Shown: positions 1 to 11,990 of the stretch, one piece after another
How the letters are laid out: each line of letters starts with the position of its first letter
Numbering within the stretch: the first letter of the stretch is position 1
DNA from: Xylographa opegraphella
Lineage: Eukaryota
Direction: 5' to 3'
Length of the DNA stretch: 63,333 bases
Assembly: GCA_022813865.1 (NCBI GenBank)
Contig: JALDZX010000084.1
Location: 1 to 63,333, forward strand
Translations under genes and position numbers: made by a program
Notes under the pieces: generated by a model
Databases searched by the model: none
What the model was told of the DNA's origin: nothing
The model's input: the letters and a program-made list of their open reading frames with translations, nothing else

Positions 1-694
1 CATCAATGTGAAAATAAACAAAATAGTAGTTGTTAAAATATTGCGACAAAATGATGGTGGTGAATGCTTGGGGGGGTGTGCATTAACATCGGGCCGTGCA
101 CGGAGCCGGGAAAACTCTTAATCGCGCTAACCACACAAGCCGCCACTAGGGTTAGTACGGAGGTACCGACTGGGTCTTCGTCAGCTTCATAATATCACAA
201 AATTTAGGACCACGCCCAGGAACGCCTGTTTGTACATGACTCGAATAAAGATAAACATAATGAGGCCAATTCGGAAAGCGATACAAAACCAGGCATAATC
301 TCATTGTACACATGGTCACATTCACATTTTATCATTATAATCAAGCGTTGGGACGTCCCCCGATGTTATGAGATTCCACCATCGTGGTGAAATACAACTA
401 GTAGTGTTTGGGTATGAGACTGAGTTGACAAAGTGGAGTCGCGCGGTTTTACCGTGTGGTTGTCTGATTATTATGTTCAGAGATGAAGAGGCCGATAGCA
501 TCTGTCAAGCGAAGTAGCGTTGCTATTCTATTGCCATTGGATCCGTGGCAGCTTCTATAGTGTTGAAGTGTTTTTCTATGACACAGCTGGCAAATAATGG
601 TTGAAGTATTGAAAGGCCTGAATGCTTTTGCGGGCTTGGGGTGTGAGGTTTACAGATGCAGAAATGATGCCAGGCTATTTGAAAGATGCAAGTA

Positions 695-2239
695 CTATAT
701 ATTAAAACAATCACTTTCTACTGCAATATCACTGCCTGGGGGCGGGAGGCAAGCGGAAACAGCAGCTTCGTCCATCGGATCCATATCGGCCTCTCGATAT
801 CGCAGGCCTTCTACACACCGTACCCATTCTGAATGTCCGCCATCTCGTCGGTCGAGATGGTCCAGAATTCGATTGTCGAACCGCGCCCGTCTCTGCCAGG
901 AGTCCTCTGTTGTGAGTCTGTTGAAGTAGTCGCTGCAGAGATTGAAACAGGTGACAATGTATTGCTCGCCAAGAAGGCTACTTTCCCTGGCATTTACCAC
1001 CAGGTGAAAGTCTGCTGTGCGCTCACATGAAGTACAACGCGTGGTAAGACTTCGACATTGCAACATATCTGAAGTATCGGTAACGGAGACAGGTGCAACA
1101 TGAGCGTTGGGTAGAGCATCAGATATGCGGTGGAAATTATTGGTAACGGAAAGGGTTGAAGAACGTCGTGTTCAGGTCCCCATGATGTTGTCTCGTTGTT
1201 CTGGCTACAAGTTTTCTAGTTTCATTTTTGCGGTCTTAACTGACAGTGGTTGCAAAGCTGTCGACCTTCAAAACGTGACCTTCAGGCGAATGCTCTTACT
1301 GTTTGATGTTGCGCTGGAACCTCCAGGCTTCTGAGAAATGTATCCACCATATGACGGATTGGTGCTCGTACAGGGGTTGCCGAGTCCATGAATTTATACC
1401 CGGTCCTCATCTTCCTCTGAATCATCTTCGAGACCTCGAAACTCTGGAAACCTATCCGAGTAATGTAGACAGGCTTAGGTAGGGGCCACCAGTGTCGTGA
1501 TCAGACATAAATTCCACGAATTCATTTCAGGCAATGCCGTCGGCATGATCGCTGTTCGTCTGATCAACTAGCGGCAAAGGACTGACAAGTGGACCCCCAA
1601 TATTAGTACAATCATTCCGGGGAGTTCAATTTTATGTAGAACGACGGGGTTTCGGCCTTGTACTGTAGTGGACGCGCTCGCGTAAGCCGCAATGAGATTG
1701 AAAGTTTTGTGCGCTTTCTGCAGTAGTCTTAGGAAATTTCCGTTGGAGCAGACTTCGATACAATCTTTACGATTTCTGGTACTTTCTTGACATGCAGTAG
1801 CGGATCTTGAATTCGGCAAAGTATCGCGACATTGGGAAGCAGATCTGGTACGGTGAGGAGGTGATTTTATGATGCGTGCCCGACGAGGGCGAATACGTTT
1901 TGTCATCTTGAGCGGATCCATGATCTTGACTCGCAACATAGTCCCAATATCATCAACATTTTTGGAATCATCCAAGAGACTGGTTTTGCTGCAAGGTATC
2001 TTTGGGGACGTCTCTTTTTATTGGCCATATTGAAAGTTCTCGTCTCATCGAAGACCATTTTGTGACAGCGAGAAACACGGACCAACTTCACACGCCAATC
2101 CTTCAGTATCAGAACTAATCATCCACATTTCTCCATCATCGATATTATAATCTTGCTGCGGTTCAAACACAAGTAGAAAGTCGGCAATGAAATTTCCCAT
2201 TTCGATCAGAACTCACGACTTGAATCCGTAGTCTGCCAT
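695..2239 (-). pseudogene. Possible decayed lineage-specific gene
   Basis: A GTGAGT...CCGCAG intron-like segment near 2215-2156 is followed by a frame interrupted by two stops that runs into ORF 1975-1568. A further open frame spans 1171-695. No family recognised. Confidence 0.25.
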
Positions 2240-2733
2240 CCACGATAGGCATTCGTTTGCGAAACCGCGACGTTCATACAGTATATGGACGTAGTTACAT
2301 TATGACTTGCGAGTGTGATTGTTCATCTTAACTTCTCTGGCTCGAACCTTCTGTGATGTTCGAGGGCCCACAACGAGCACGCTTGACGAGTTTTGGTTCA
2401 AGATGTAAGGAGAACCATCTCTTCAACTCGAGCTACAACAAATGACATGGGGGAAAATGGAATGGCTAGTGAATAGAAGTCTGGACCGTAGGACTGTGTA
2501 GGAGGTTGCGATGCAAAGGTAATGGAGCAATAGCAAGCAAACACTTTGCTTGTTCATAATTAGGAACAGTGATCACTGCCAGGTAGTGGCTGCAGGACGT
2601 CATCTGCGAACAAGTAAGACAACCAGTAAAAACTATGGATGTAATCAATTCAGAAACTTTTCAACGACCTGAAGCGAACTTGTAGTTATCTACCTCTGCA
2701 TATGTAAGGTACATTACCTTAGAACGCTGCAGC

Positions 2734-5082
2734 CTAAGTCCATAAACGGCATGTCCCATCCGCTCCGGCGCTGGCACACCAAGGTTCCCTCGGATGCCAG
2801 TCGATATCCAAGACCCCAAGCTCCTTCTTCACCTGATGACCACGGAGAACTTTGAGCGGAACGATTGTGGCATTCTCCATCAGATCGCCTACCACTTTTC
2901 CGTGGAAGATCTGTATTGTGCCATCGTCGCTGGCGTCGGCGAAAAGGGGCAGGCCACCTTGATGGAACTTCACGACTCTAATGGCTTTTTGATGGTATCT
3001 AAGTGTCTTATAAGGCCGTACGGAGAGGTCAAGGTCGTGCCATAGAAGTCTCTTATCATATGATCCAACAATTAGGTTGTCTCCTCCGGGGTGTATGTCG
3101 AAAGAAGAAATCCATCGGGCACCCGGCTGGATGATCTTCAGTAGCTCTTGTTTGGAGAGATCATAGCTGCGAATCATACGTTGAGTTGCCACGAAAAAGA
3201 TAGGCTTCGAAGGATGAAATTGGGCCGTTTGCGCAAGGCCTTTGAGCTTGCGAAATGGAAGTTGCGTAAGATGCTTGGAGAGAGTATGAATTGCAACAGC
3301 ACTCGTCTGCCCTTGCGGAGAGACAGTGGCGAAATATTCCCCTCGACGATGCCAGGAGATTACTTTGATAGTATTGCGCAGAACTATCTTAACAAGAATC
3401 CCGTCCTCCTCCTGTCGACTTCCTGGTCGAACCCAATGCGCCGCAGGTTCTTTCTTTGGTGTTCCATTGGAAGATACGTTGGCTGCATAACCCCATCCGG
3501 CATCAATAACTTCTCGACTGTTCGCTTCAGTCTCTGGGTCAGTAATAGGTGGGACTATCAAGTACAAGTTTTCACCGCTAGCAGCTGATAATACGAAAGC
3601 ATCATTCCCTGGTTGCCAACGAACCACGTTGACGGCATCCTCATTATCGAGTCCCACGCTCCATACCTGACGTCCGGTGAGGAGCTCCCAGATTCTGATC
3701 GTTCCGTCATCACCCCCGCTGGCAAGCCAAAAGCCGGATGGATCAATAGCTAAGCTTCGTATCCGCCCTTCGTGGCCTCGAAAAACGACTGCACACGTTG
3801 TCGGAAATGGTCTAAGCTCCTCGGGACTAGGTAGCTTCGGAAGAAGTGACTCAGGGTCAATATTGAGCTTGTTCCGACGGATGCGAGGAGCAAGATAGAG
3901 ATCCAGGCATCGTTCGAACTTCTCCTTCAGAAACTTCTCATACCCTGGAACTTTGCGTAACGAGTCATGGTTTGTAGGAAGATACTCCTTCGCTCTCTCT
4001 TCTTCATCGGTTTCCTCCCAGGCTTTCTTTTCCAATGCATCTGGGAGATATTCAGGTGGTGGATGGTAGCTCTCATCGTATCCTGGCGGAGGAAGCTTCG
4101 GTGCGGGCACATTCATAGGATGATCTGGTCGGGGAGCTTCATTTGCCCAAATGTCATATGTCTTGAGACCTTGCTCCTCTTCGTCCTCTTCGGCAGGTGG
4201 CTTGTACGGCACAATTCGGCCTTCACGAATTGCTCGAACAATCTTCATCACCCGTTTTGCTTCATGCTTTGAAGGCACAAATCTTCGCTTGGGTTCTGGC
4301 GCAGCGCTTAGGGGCATGATCTCCGGCTTACTTGTGAAGTACTCGACGGTGGGCGGGTACATGTCATAGCCCTCCTCGGGTACTTCGTTCATTTGGATCA
4401 TTCGAAGAACCTCTAATTCTTGTTGGCTCAGCTCTAGTGGTTTCCCTGTCGCAGGATCTGTCAGGCCGGTCCAACCCTTTGGTACATCAATACTATCCAA
4501 CAAGGCATCCAGGGCTTCACCCTTTGCGGGTCGAGATATTCTTTTCCCATTGATATCATACCCAATGTGTGGATATGAGTCGTAGAAGGAGAGTGGAATA
4601 TTGCCAATAGTGTTGGTTGTTGCAGGAGCGTCAGAATCGTCCGAGTCATAGACGGGATCAATAGACTTGTAAATATATCGAGGGTTCCCATTGGCATCTT
4701 GAGTAGTTATGTAGTTCGACTTGTTTTCATTCTCAGAATGCTCATTCATACTCACAGCCTGCTTCGGTCCATCACTCACCCCGGATCCTGGTGATATTTG
4801 CCCAAGCCTATTGGATTCGGTGTCTTTTCCGCTTTGTGCAAGTGACAAGCCATCCACAGTGACCTCATCTACGTCTGTTCCAGAGCTTTCAGTCTGATCG
4901 CCATCGTCATAAATATCCTCCTCCAAATCACTCTCGTATTCTTCATCCTCGTCTTGCGACAGAATACCGTCAAGCAGCCCCCTTTCGAAAGCGCTGCCAC
5001 CGTCACTTAAAACAACTTCGTCAGCCTCGGGTGAATCTCTAGTGACCGCTTTACGTTTGCGGGCTGTTGTAGTGGGCGCCAT
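2734..5082 (-). CDS. ERB1: Ribosome biogenesis protein Erb1/BOP1 (BOP1NT + WD40)
   Basis: Intronless ORF with probable ATG at 5082 ([11 protein letters not shown]). Acidic N-terminus, BOP1NT motifs ([51 protein letters not shown]), and C-terminal WD40 repeats ending [21 protein letters not shown]. Confidence 0.96.
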   Translation of the reverse strand: MAPTTTARKRKAVTRDSPEADEVVLSDGGSAFERGLLDGILSQDEDEEYESDLEEDIYDDGDQTESSGTDVDEVTVDGLSLAQSGKDTESNRLGQISPGSGVSDGPKQAVSMNEHSENENKSNYITTQDANGNPRYIYKSIDPVYDSDDSDAPATTNTIGNIPLSFYDSYPHIGYDINGKRISRPAKGEALDALLDSIDVPKGWTGLTDPATGKPLELSQQELEVLRMIQMNEVPEEGYDMYPPTVEYFTSKPEIMPLSAAPEPKRRFVPSKHEAKRVMKIVRAIREGRIVPYKPPAEEDEEEQGLKTYDIWANEAPRPDHPMNVPAPKLPPPGYDESYHPPPEYLPDALEKKAWEETDEEERAKEYLPTNHDSLRKVPGYEKFLKEKFERCLDLYLAPRIRRNKLNIDPESLLPKLPSPEELRPFPTTCAVVFRGHEGRIRSLAIDPSGFWLASGGDDGTIRIWELLTGRQVWSVGLDNEDAVNVVRWQPGNDAFVLSAASGENLYLIVPPITDPETEANSREVIDAGWGYAANVSSNGTPKKEPAAHWVRPGSRQEEDGILVKIVLRNTIKVISWHRRGEYFATVSPQGQTSAVAIHTLSKHLTQLPFRKLKGLAQTAQFHPSKPIFFVATQRMIRSYDLSKQELLKIIQPGARWISSFDIHPGGDNLIVGSYDKRLLWHDLDLSVRPYKTLRYHQKAIRVVKFHQGGLPLFADASDDGTIQIFHGKVVGDLMENATIVPLKVLRGHQVKKELGVLDIDWHPREPWCASAGADGTCRLWT

Positions 5083-5330
5083 GAGTGAACGTCCACAGTG
5101 CACGAACCCGCAAATTATTTTCGATCGAGGTTCATATTGCGCGCCTATTTTTGCAAATTAGCCGACTTAGTCTGTGCACACTATCCTAAGGTAGTCTAGC
5201 TTCACAACTAGTTCCCACCAATAGCAGAAGGTACCTAGGTAATTAAGGGGACCTTAACAGCTTTGCAAATGTTCCTTCACGAAAATTCATTTTTGAACTC
5301 TACAACTACCTTCCAGCTAGCAAAGTCGAT

Positions 5331-7411
5331 TTACAGCTTGATGCTCCGGACCAAGCCTTTCTTGATGCCTGTCAGCTCACCTCCATACCCTCCCCTTCCC
5401 TCCCCACCTTTATACACTGCTCTTATGCTCGAAAGCTTTTTCTTTTTGTCTTCGTATTTCTTCCTCTTCTTAACTCTTGGATTTCTGACATCTTTCTTAC
5501 GCTTAGGAGTCAAACCTTTATTCTTCTCAATAGCATAGGTAATGGCTCGTTTGCCGTCAGCTCCAATTTCTTCGACCTCTCGCACAATGCCGCCCTCTCT
5601 CGTAGCTGCTTCCCGCGCCGCGGCCAGCGCAGCCTTCGAAGACTTTTTCTCTTGAGAACGAGCTGTAATAAGATCATAGTACTCTTCACCGCCTTCATCA
5701 TCCCTAATTTCCTTAGCCACCCTGCGGTCTTCTTCATCACTGTCACCACCAAGGACGTCGCTAGCGGAGGTCCCTTTCTTCTTCCCTCTAGCTTCAGCTT
5801 CAGTATTGAGCCTAGCTACCCTATCTTTGAATCTTTCGCGATACGGCAGGTCAGCATCTCCACCGGCGTCGCGGCCAGCAACGCCACGTTTATTGGCTTT
5901 CTGAGCAATTTGGGACGTGTAAAACCGTAAACCTTTCTTGCGCCTCGCCTTCTCAGCCGCTTCCTCAATAGTCAAGCTTGTCTCTTCACCAAAATCCGAG
6001 CTATTGTCTTCGCCCTTTGATAGAGCAGGTTGTGATGAAGCTCTCGCTTGAGTAGGCATTTTCTTGTAGTCCGTTAATGCGGTAAGTTTTGCTAAATCTT
6101 CTTCCGTTCTCTGAAGGCGTGCCGCCCGTGTTTGATCAGCCTCGATAAGTGCAGCTTCAGCAGCTTTCTGAGCTTGGGTCTTCCGCCGCTTTTTGCGCTT
6201 CTTTGTAGATATTTGGCGATCTATAGAGCTACCATTTGATAGAGGTTTATCCGTTTTGTCTTGTTGATCGAGAGATAAATCACTATCAACATTTTGCAAT
6301 GGCAAGATATCTGCAGAGTTATCGAGCTCTTCGAGATCTTTGACCTTGTCCCATAGTGCTCGACACTGGACGAGAGTCTCCATGATGGGATGATCTCGAA
6401 GCTCAAGTGGAGCCTTTGCAATTGCATTGCCGTCATCATCAGTACCTGATGTAAATAATGTAAAGTACATTCCGAGAGTTGCCAGATATGCTGTAAGCGC
6501 ACTTTGCTTTATTGTCACAGTAGAAGTGTTCGGAGCATTAGTTCTGGCTTTGGAAGTTCCGTTGGGAAACGACCCAACGTGCCCTTGTATAGCTTTAGCA
6601 GCAGAAACTCTGAGAGCCAGCCTTTCATGAAGATCTTGCAAGCTTAAGAATTCCTGTGCAAGTGGCTCAAATTCCGGATATCTTGTGGCTAAGATCTTCC
6701 TCCTCTCCGCTGCGCCCATGCTATCAGTAATTTTAAACTGTGGAAGAATTTCCTTGATAGTGCCTCCATTTCCATCTCCCTCCTCGTTCGCATCAGGCTT
6801 CCCAGTCCCCAACCAAGAGGCTTCGTCGAATCCGAAGTCCGCTTCCGTCATGCCCTGAAGTTGTTTCTTCTGCAATCGAATGGCCTCTTCCTCTTCCTCC
6901 TTTGCATCTGCCTCTGTCTCAATCATATCTGCGTTATAGTAGTCTCTTTTCGCAGGGCCCCATCCGTCAATATCATTGTTTTCACTGACTGACTCAGATG
7001 CATCTGATTCGTTGAGTTTCCTTCTAATATTCCCGCCATTTTCGGCCTCTACTCCAGCATCTATTATATCTTCGTCACTGATATCATCTGGGCCATCCTG
7101 ATCCTCTGCATCCAGACCGTCCCCAAGGATCTCTTCGTCGGAAGGCTCTAAAAGCGCATCTGCGGCAATTGATCAGTATTAATTTCACATAGGACTCATA
7201 CATTAGATAAACCTTCTTCCTGATACCTCCGCTGCTTCTTCTGAGCTGGGCCCTCCTCCAGAAGTATTTTGTCCCTGTTGATGTGGAACTCGTCCTCAGA
7301 GTCCGCCACATCTTCATAGGTATTGATCCCCAATTTCGCATCGGAACTTTTAAAGTCCGGATGCAAGGTGTCTCCAGAAGACTTGCCACCTGATTTCCTT
7401 TTTTTACCCAT
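5331..7411 (-). CDS. SAS10: SSU processome protein Sas10/Utp3
   Basis: Exon 1 7411-7213 (MGKKRKSGG...DSEDEFHINRDKILL), GT-AG intron 7212-7160, exon 2 7159-5331. Sas10 C-terminal domain: DGKRAITYAIEKNKGLTPKRKKDVRNPRVKKRKKY...GYGGELTGIKKGLVRSIKL. Confidence 0.95.
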
Positions 7412-7649
7412 ACTTGAACAAACAGTAATTTCAAAAGCGTAATGTTGTATTATGCTCGCTATTAATTCTCACTCGAGAACTTTTTTGAACGTGTTTGAAC
7501 GTGTTTGCACTCTTTGCATCTAGCTCCAACCCTAAAGTAGTTGTGGGGTATCCGAGAACCTAATCGCCGCGCGCTTGATCCGCTTACGTATGATTTACTG
7601 AGTATGAAGCTCTGAGTATCGTTCCCACGTTTACACTTGCTCTGTCACA

Positions 7650-8838
7650 ATGCCTTTGGGTATAATTTGGGCTTCCCTTTCTTTCTGTCTCTTTGCTTTG
7701 ATATTTACAGCGGACAAGATGGGGTATTTCAAGAGCAAGAACCAGTTCCCCGTGGAAGGCAGGGTATGAGCATGTGAGAGACTAAGACAACAACTACTAA
7801 TGGTGCATATCTATTCAGACAGTCCTTATCACGGGTGGGTCGCAAGGCACTGGAAAAAGCCTTGGTTGTATGCTTGCAAGGAAAGGCGCCAATGTTGTTA
7901 TTGTTGCTCGGAGCGTAGGAAAGCTGGAGGATGCCATTGAGGCAATATCAGTATAGACTTCTAATAAACTCTCCGCTTTGGTTCATTTGCTGACACGAAA
8001 GCAGGCCAGTGCTAAGAATTCTTCAATTCAAAGATTTCACCACATAAATGCGGATCTGATGGTAGCCTCGGAGTCCACCCGTATTTTAAAGGAATTCACA
8101 GAGTGGAACAAGGGCTCCCCACCCGACGTTGTCTTCTGCTGCGCTGGCAGCTGCCATCCGACGTTATTTATCGAGACACCAGTGGAGAAGCTCAGACAAC
8201 AAATGGACTCGAACTACTTCTCGGCCGCGCACATGGCGCATGCTACTCTCAGCTCATGGCTCAAACCCTTGAGCAATTCAAAATCGACATCTGGGGTTGC
8301 GGCTCAAAACCTGAACTCAAGAGAGCCTCGCCACTTGATATTTACTTCTTCAGTTTGTGGCCTCTTCAACGTCGCTGGATATAGCCCTTACTCGCCCGCC
8401 AAGACTGCTCTCCGTTCCCTTTCGGATTCTCTTTCTATGGAAATGCAGCTCTACACGTCTGCAGAATTTCCCCCTGTGAGAATACATACTATATTCCCTG
8501 GCACTATCTTCACAGAATCGTATGTTGAGGAAAACAAAATCAAGCCCGCGATAACGAAAAAGCTTGAAGAGGATGATGGGGGTCAGACACCGGACCAGGT
8601 AGCTGAGAAGAGTATACAAGCGTTGGAGAAGGGGGAGGAACTAATCGCGACGGCGTGGCTTGGGCGAGCATTGATGTGTGGTGTTCTAGGTGGGAGTACT
8701 AGGAACGGGTGGCCGATCATCGATACAGCCCTGAGCTGGGTTATGAGTATCTTGATGATCTTCGTACGGCGAGACATGGATACCAAAGTCAGAAACTGGG
8801 GCAAGCTGCACGGAACATCTGGCAGTGCGGGAAGGTAA
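7650..8838 (+). CDS. TSC10: 3-ketodihydrosphingosine reductase (SDR family)
   Basis: Exons 7650-7763, 7819-7950, 8005-8838. N-terminal TM segment, [20 protein letters not shown]ossmann motif, catalytic YSPAK, C-terminal hydrophobic anchor. Confidence 0.9.
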
Positions 8839-9187
8839 CCACAGCTTCACTTGCGGCCGGCAGTTCGATTCCACAATTAGATACCCTTCATCGCGTAAAG
8901 CAGATCGCTTGGATGATCCAGCTGTATTATTTATTATACATACAATTGACCTCACTCTCCAAGACCCGGTATCCGAACGATGCCCAGCAATAAACCTCCA
9001 TGTACCACTAATACAAAAACAAATCTCTAAAATACACATAACAAATTTTGGCTATCCCTTCTGTTAGATGTGCTGAAAAGACCAAACTCTTCTACGATGC
9101 AAACTCGTCGTTATGTTTCGGAAACGATATTGAGGGCGAGATATATTGATGGACCATTTGTCCTCATTTTCAACCAGCTATACCAGT

Positions 9188-10827
9188 TTACAAGAACAGC
9201 TTTTTGTCTTTGCGCCAGATATCCGGGAGCATCGCAACCGACTTGGCTGACACGCTCTTTGAACCCGATTCTCGCGGAAAATCAATCAACGCCTTTTTAA
9301 GAGCCAATCTTCCTGCGTTCCCAAAGAATTCTAGGATCCTTGTCTCGTTGTTTTCCACTAATGCTTTTAAGACGGTAAAATGCGTCGAACTCGCTTCTTT
9401 GGGGGGCGTGTTGATAATGGCGGCGAGAGCTCTCCAGAAATTGTGAACAGGATAAGGATTTTGCAACCTTGATTTGTCGTAGTTGCGCAGTGAGATCGCA
9501 GCGTATCCAGATCCAAGGCCCGTCATACGCTCGAAGTGCTTTTGTTCGGAAATCCAGTGACCGCTGCCTTTGTTCTCTTCGATCCACCCAGACCTAAATC
9601 TGCCTTGGTTGGTTTCTTCATTGCCATATATTCCAAATAGTATAGGGCATACAAAGTGGTATTTGGCAATCAATATATCGACAAGAGAGAGAGAGTTCCA
9701 GTGGAACTCACTCGACGCAAAAATTTGACTACCAACGACACCTATAGGATCCGCAGCTGTCGATACTATTGATGCTTCGTTGATGAATTGCGCTATTAGT
9801 GCTTTTGCAAATATGTTCAGCAGGTAGATTAGTAGCGCAGGACCTTTTGTCATAGAAATTCCGGAGGGTGGGTTGGCTAAGAACATGGAAACATCAACTT
9901 CTGGTTGTGTAATTTTAGCGGCAGTTTTGAGGACTTCCATAACTTGGTTTCGCTGCAGGGGATTTTAGCAATACTCGCTAGCCTGAGCGGAGGACTTACC
10001 GGTTGCCTGTTCGATTCTTTTCCACTTGTTAATTGTCCAACACATTTCTTGATTATTCTTCGCATGTCTCCCATTTGCGTCTTCAGGGTTGGATTTTGCT
10101 TTCCCTGATCTGACATGAACTTTCGAAATTCTTTCAGACTCTTGTGGATATGAAGATATCGATCATGCTCTGCTTGACGTACCGAATCGTTTTGAGTTAT
10201 AGGTGTTACTCGATGTGCGACTGGTGCCGTAAGTGCCTGTGGTACTGGTGCGGGAGCTGTTGTAGCCTGTGGCTTGAGACGTGCTTGTAATGAAGCAGCT
10301 GCGGCTGCTTTAGCCTTACTTTCGTGCTCCTTTAGCTTCTGGTCGGCTGCTTTTTTTTGAGCAGCTTTCTCGGCAATCTCGAGATCTTCCTTTTCTCTCT
10401 CCAGACGTCTTTGCTCAGCTTCTGCAGCTCGAGCTTCTTCGAGTTTGGCAGCTTTTCTTACGGCCGCTTCCTCGGCTTGAACCCTTTCAATCTCCCTTCG
10501 CCTCTGCGCCAGCTCTTTCTCTAGCTTTTCCTCCCGCTGCCGTTGTTGTTCCTTATGTAATTCCCGACGTTCCTCCTCTTCCCTTCGAGACTTCTCCGCC
10601 TTGATTTGCAACTCGAGCTTTTCCCGCTCTCTCTCAGCACTCCTTCGTATGAGCTCATGTTCCTTGGCGGCTGCGGCTAGCGCCTCGCGATGAGCAGACT
10701 CTCTTTCACTAGATTCCTTCTCAAGTTTTGCGTGGAATGCTTCGCGATCTCCTACGTGCAAGCGGCCAAGTTCCCATAAGAGTTGTCTGGATGGGCTATC
10801 CAAAGCCTTTTTGTACGGACTTTCCAT
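9188..10827 (-). CDS. GLE1: mRNA export factor Gle1
   Basis: Exon 1 10827-10000 (charged coiled coil), intron 9999-9953 (GTAAGT...TGCAG), exon 2 9952-9188 with GLE1-domain motifs (LVDILIAKYHFVCPILFG; HFERMTGLGSGYAAISLR; FWRALAAIIN). Confidence 0.9.
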
Positions 10828-11557
10828 TGTCTCAAGCTGCTTGGGATTGCAGACTAGCAGAAATCTGGTGGGTCCGATCACAGGTTTCCACTACCGTAGT
10901 GTCTAACTGGGCGAAATGGCAAGTGTGGTTATGAAGAAAGCTGTCAGGCGTGGAGAACGATAGATGAAAAGGAATGATTTCAGGCTCCGTGCTTTGTCGA
11001 GGATTGCTTCGAGTCGCTGGTGAAGTGGCCGGGGTAATCGAAGCTGTCTGTAATCGGACTAGTCAACTGGAGGGGCTCGAAGGGGGCGATTGTGACAAGC
11101 TGCGCCTATCGATAGCTTAGTACAGTCATAGCAGGTTAATACCATCGACATACTCAGCAGGTCGTCGTTCGTACCTTTATATCCCACACAAAGAAATCCC
11201 GTTCCACGTCTGAGAAACCCCTAGCGGAGAAACAGGTCAATCCCATGATGTGCTAGTGCTGAGACTTCGGCAGGACTTGCACCAAGGACAATGATGGAGC
11301 AGAACGTAGCCCTAGCTTCCCAGATGGCGAGAACAGCAAACTGATGTGGTAAAGCACTTCGTAAGTAATTGCCTACTCCTCAGGCACCTCAGTCATTGAT
11401 GGCGATTGTGACCGGCAGAGCTCGGGTCTAGCGCGAACGCGATTCTAAGTTTTGCTTTTGCGGGAGGACGGCGGAGATATTTGCGGCCCGGCAGGCGAGA
11501 ACGCTAAATGCATGCAGCTTGAAGGCCACCACTTCTTCGTATCCTCTCCCCTCCCAT

Positions 11558-11839
11558 CATTCCTTCCCTGCTCTATCTCACATCACGCTTTCTCTCCGCC
11601 CCTGCCTTATTCCTATAATCGTCATTCCCTTTTGAGCTTTCACTACAAGTCCCTCCTTCTTGAGGTATCCAGCAAAAGTACTGCGATTGCCACAACACCC
11701 GAACCTAAAAGTCCTCGAGATCCTTACCCCATCACGCTGTATGATCACTTGGCCTGCAATCGAATTTGCATTCGATTTGCAGTCTTCCTCAAGCCCGAGA
11801 AAGTCTTGGACCTTGTTAATATCATTCTCTTCCCTCGTT
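11558..11839 (+). promoter_or_regulatory. Cluster of CNYTCNYT (Ssd1-binding-type) motifs in the probable SSD1 5' leader
   Basis: CATTCCTTCCCT 11558-11569 (two overlapping motifs), CATTCCCT 11623-30, CCCTCCTT 11651-58, CATTCTCT 11823-30, CCCTCGTT 11832-39. The transcription start is unknown. Confidence 0.45.
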
Positions 11840-11990
11840 GCCAATTATTCGACCTTGTATATTCACAGAATTGCTCGCCTTTGCCTTCGCAAGTGAACGA
11901 ACATCCGCCCATCGAGCTTCAACAGGCGCTTTCCGCTTACATTGTTCATAATATCGCACTTCGTCCGCTAGTCTGCCTCATCTTTCAGAG

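Noticed and set aside
5083..5330. RRPE/PAC ribosome-biogenesis motifs upstream of ERB1
   Set aside because: Only imperfect A/T tracts are present, with no exact consensus.
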